A DNA stretch of 64,000 bases from Chiloscyllium plagiosum (taxonomy: Eukaryota): the NCBI RefSeq assembly GCF_004010195.1, contig NC_057728.1:44578381-44642380 (forward strand), read 5' to 3'. Both the position numbers and the translations under genes were made by a program. Positions 63,491 through 64,000 of the stretch are shown piece by piece. Position 1 is the first letter of the stretch; every line of letters begins with the position of its first letter. The notes under the pieces are model-generated. The model saw only the letters and a program-made list of their open reading frames with translations, was not told the origin of the DNA and made no database searches.

Positions 63491-63765
63491 TACTCCACTA
63501 ATCAGCACTAATATTTCTTTTTACGTAACTTGCTTTATACTTCCTGTTTTAGACCCTGCTCTGAGAGGAGATTTCAATTTCATTGGGTGTTACTGTTCTT
63601 CCTTTTGTCTGCTCACAGCCAAGATTGCCTGTAGAGGATGTGATGTTGCGTTACTTGAAATCTCCACTGAGTTCAATGACCTTCAACATTGAGCATAATT
63701 CCTTCTCTGCTGATCTAAAACCCCAGGGCACTCTCCTTGTTGATTATGGCATTTTATTGCATTCA

Positions 63766-64000
63766 GGAGAAAGTGAGGACTGCAGATGCTGGAGATCAGA
63801 GCTGAAAATGTGTTGCTGGAAAAGCGCAGCAGGTCAGGCAGCATCCAAGGAGCAGGAGAATCGACGTTTCAAGCATGAGCCCTTCTTCAGGAATGAGGAG
63901 AGTGTGCCAAGCAGACTAAGATAAAAGGTAGGGAGGAGGGACTTGGGGGAGGGGCGTTGGAAATGCGATAGGTGGAAGGAGGTTAAGGTGAGGGTGATAG
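63766..64000 (-). mobile_element. Penelope-like element 3' end with hammerhead motif, continuing past the window
   Basis: Minus strand ATTC-CTGAAGA-A-GGGC-TCAT-GCTT-GAAAC-GTC-GATT at 63859-63894; tail nearly identical to 17797-17912. Confidence 0.88.

Overview
This is repeat-dense vertebrate genomic DNA, very probably from a cartilaginous fish (shark), judging by HE1-type V-SINEs, a SacSINE1-like DeuSINE and HER1/CR1 LINEs. I could not identify any host protein-coding exon with confidence, so the window looks intronic or intergenic. It holds many mostly truncated or decayed CR1 LINEs, including one near-full-length copy and a multi-layer nest. It also holds two copies of an L2/Crack-like LINE, Tx1/L1 and Rex1/Babar fragments, a decayed Gmr1-type Gypsy LTR retrotransposon, Harbinger Myb/SANT relics (one folded into a ~590 bp palindrome), several SINE families, and a CA-rich minisatellite spanning an assembly gap. 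The most notable signal is about ten Penelope-derived short elements from at least five variants. Each carries a minimal type I hammerhead-ribozyme motif (CTGANGA-stem II-GAAA-short palindrome-NUH) with covarying stem II. Several are stand-alone 85-215 bp insertions with 9-15 bp target-site duplications whose 5' ends fall at the ribozyme core. Boundaries of old elements are approximate and family names come from motif recognition, not database searches.
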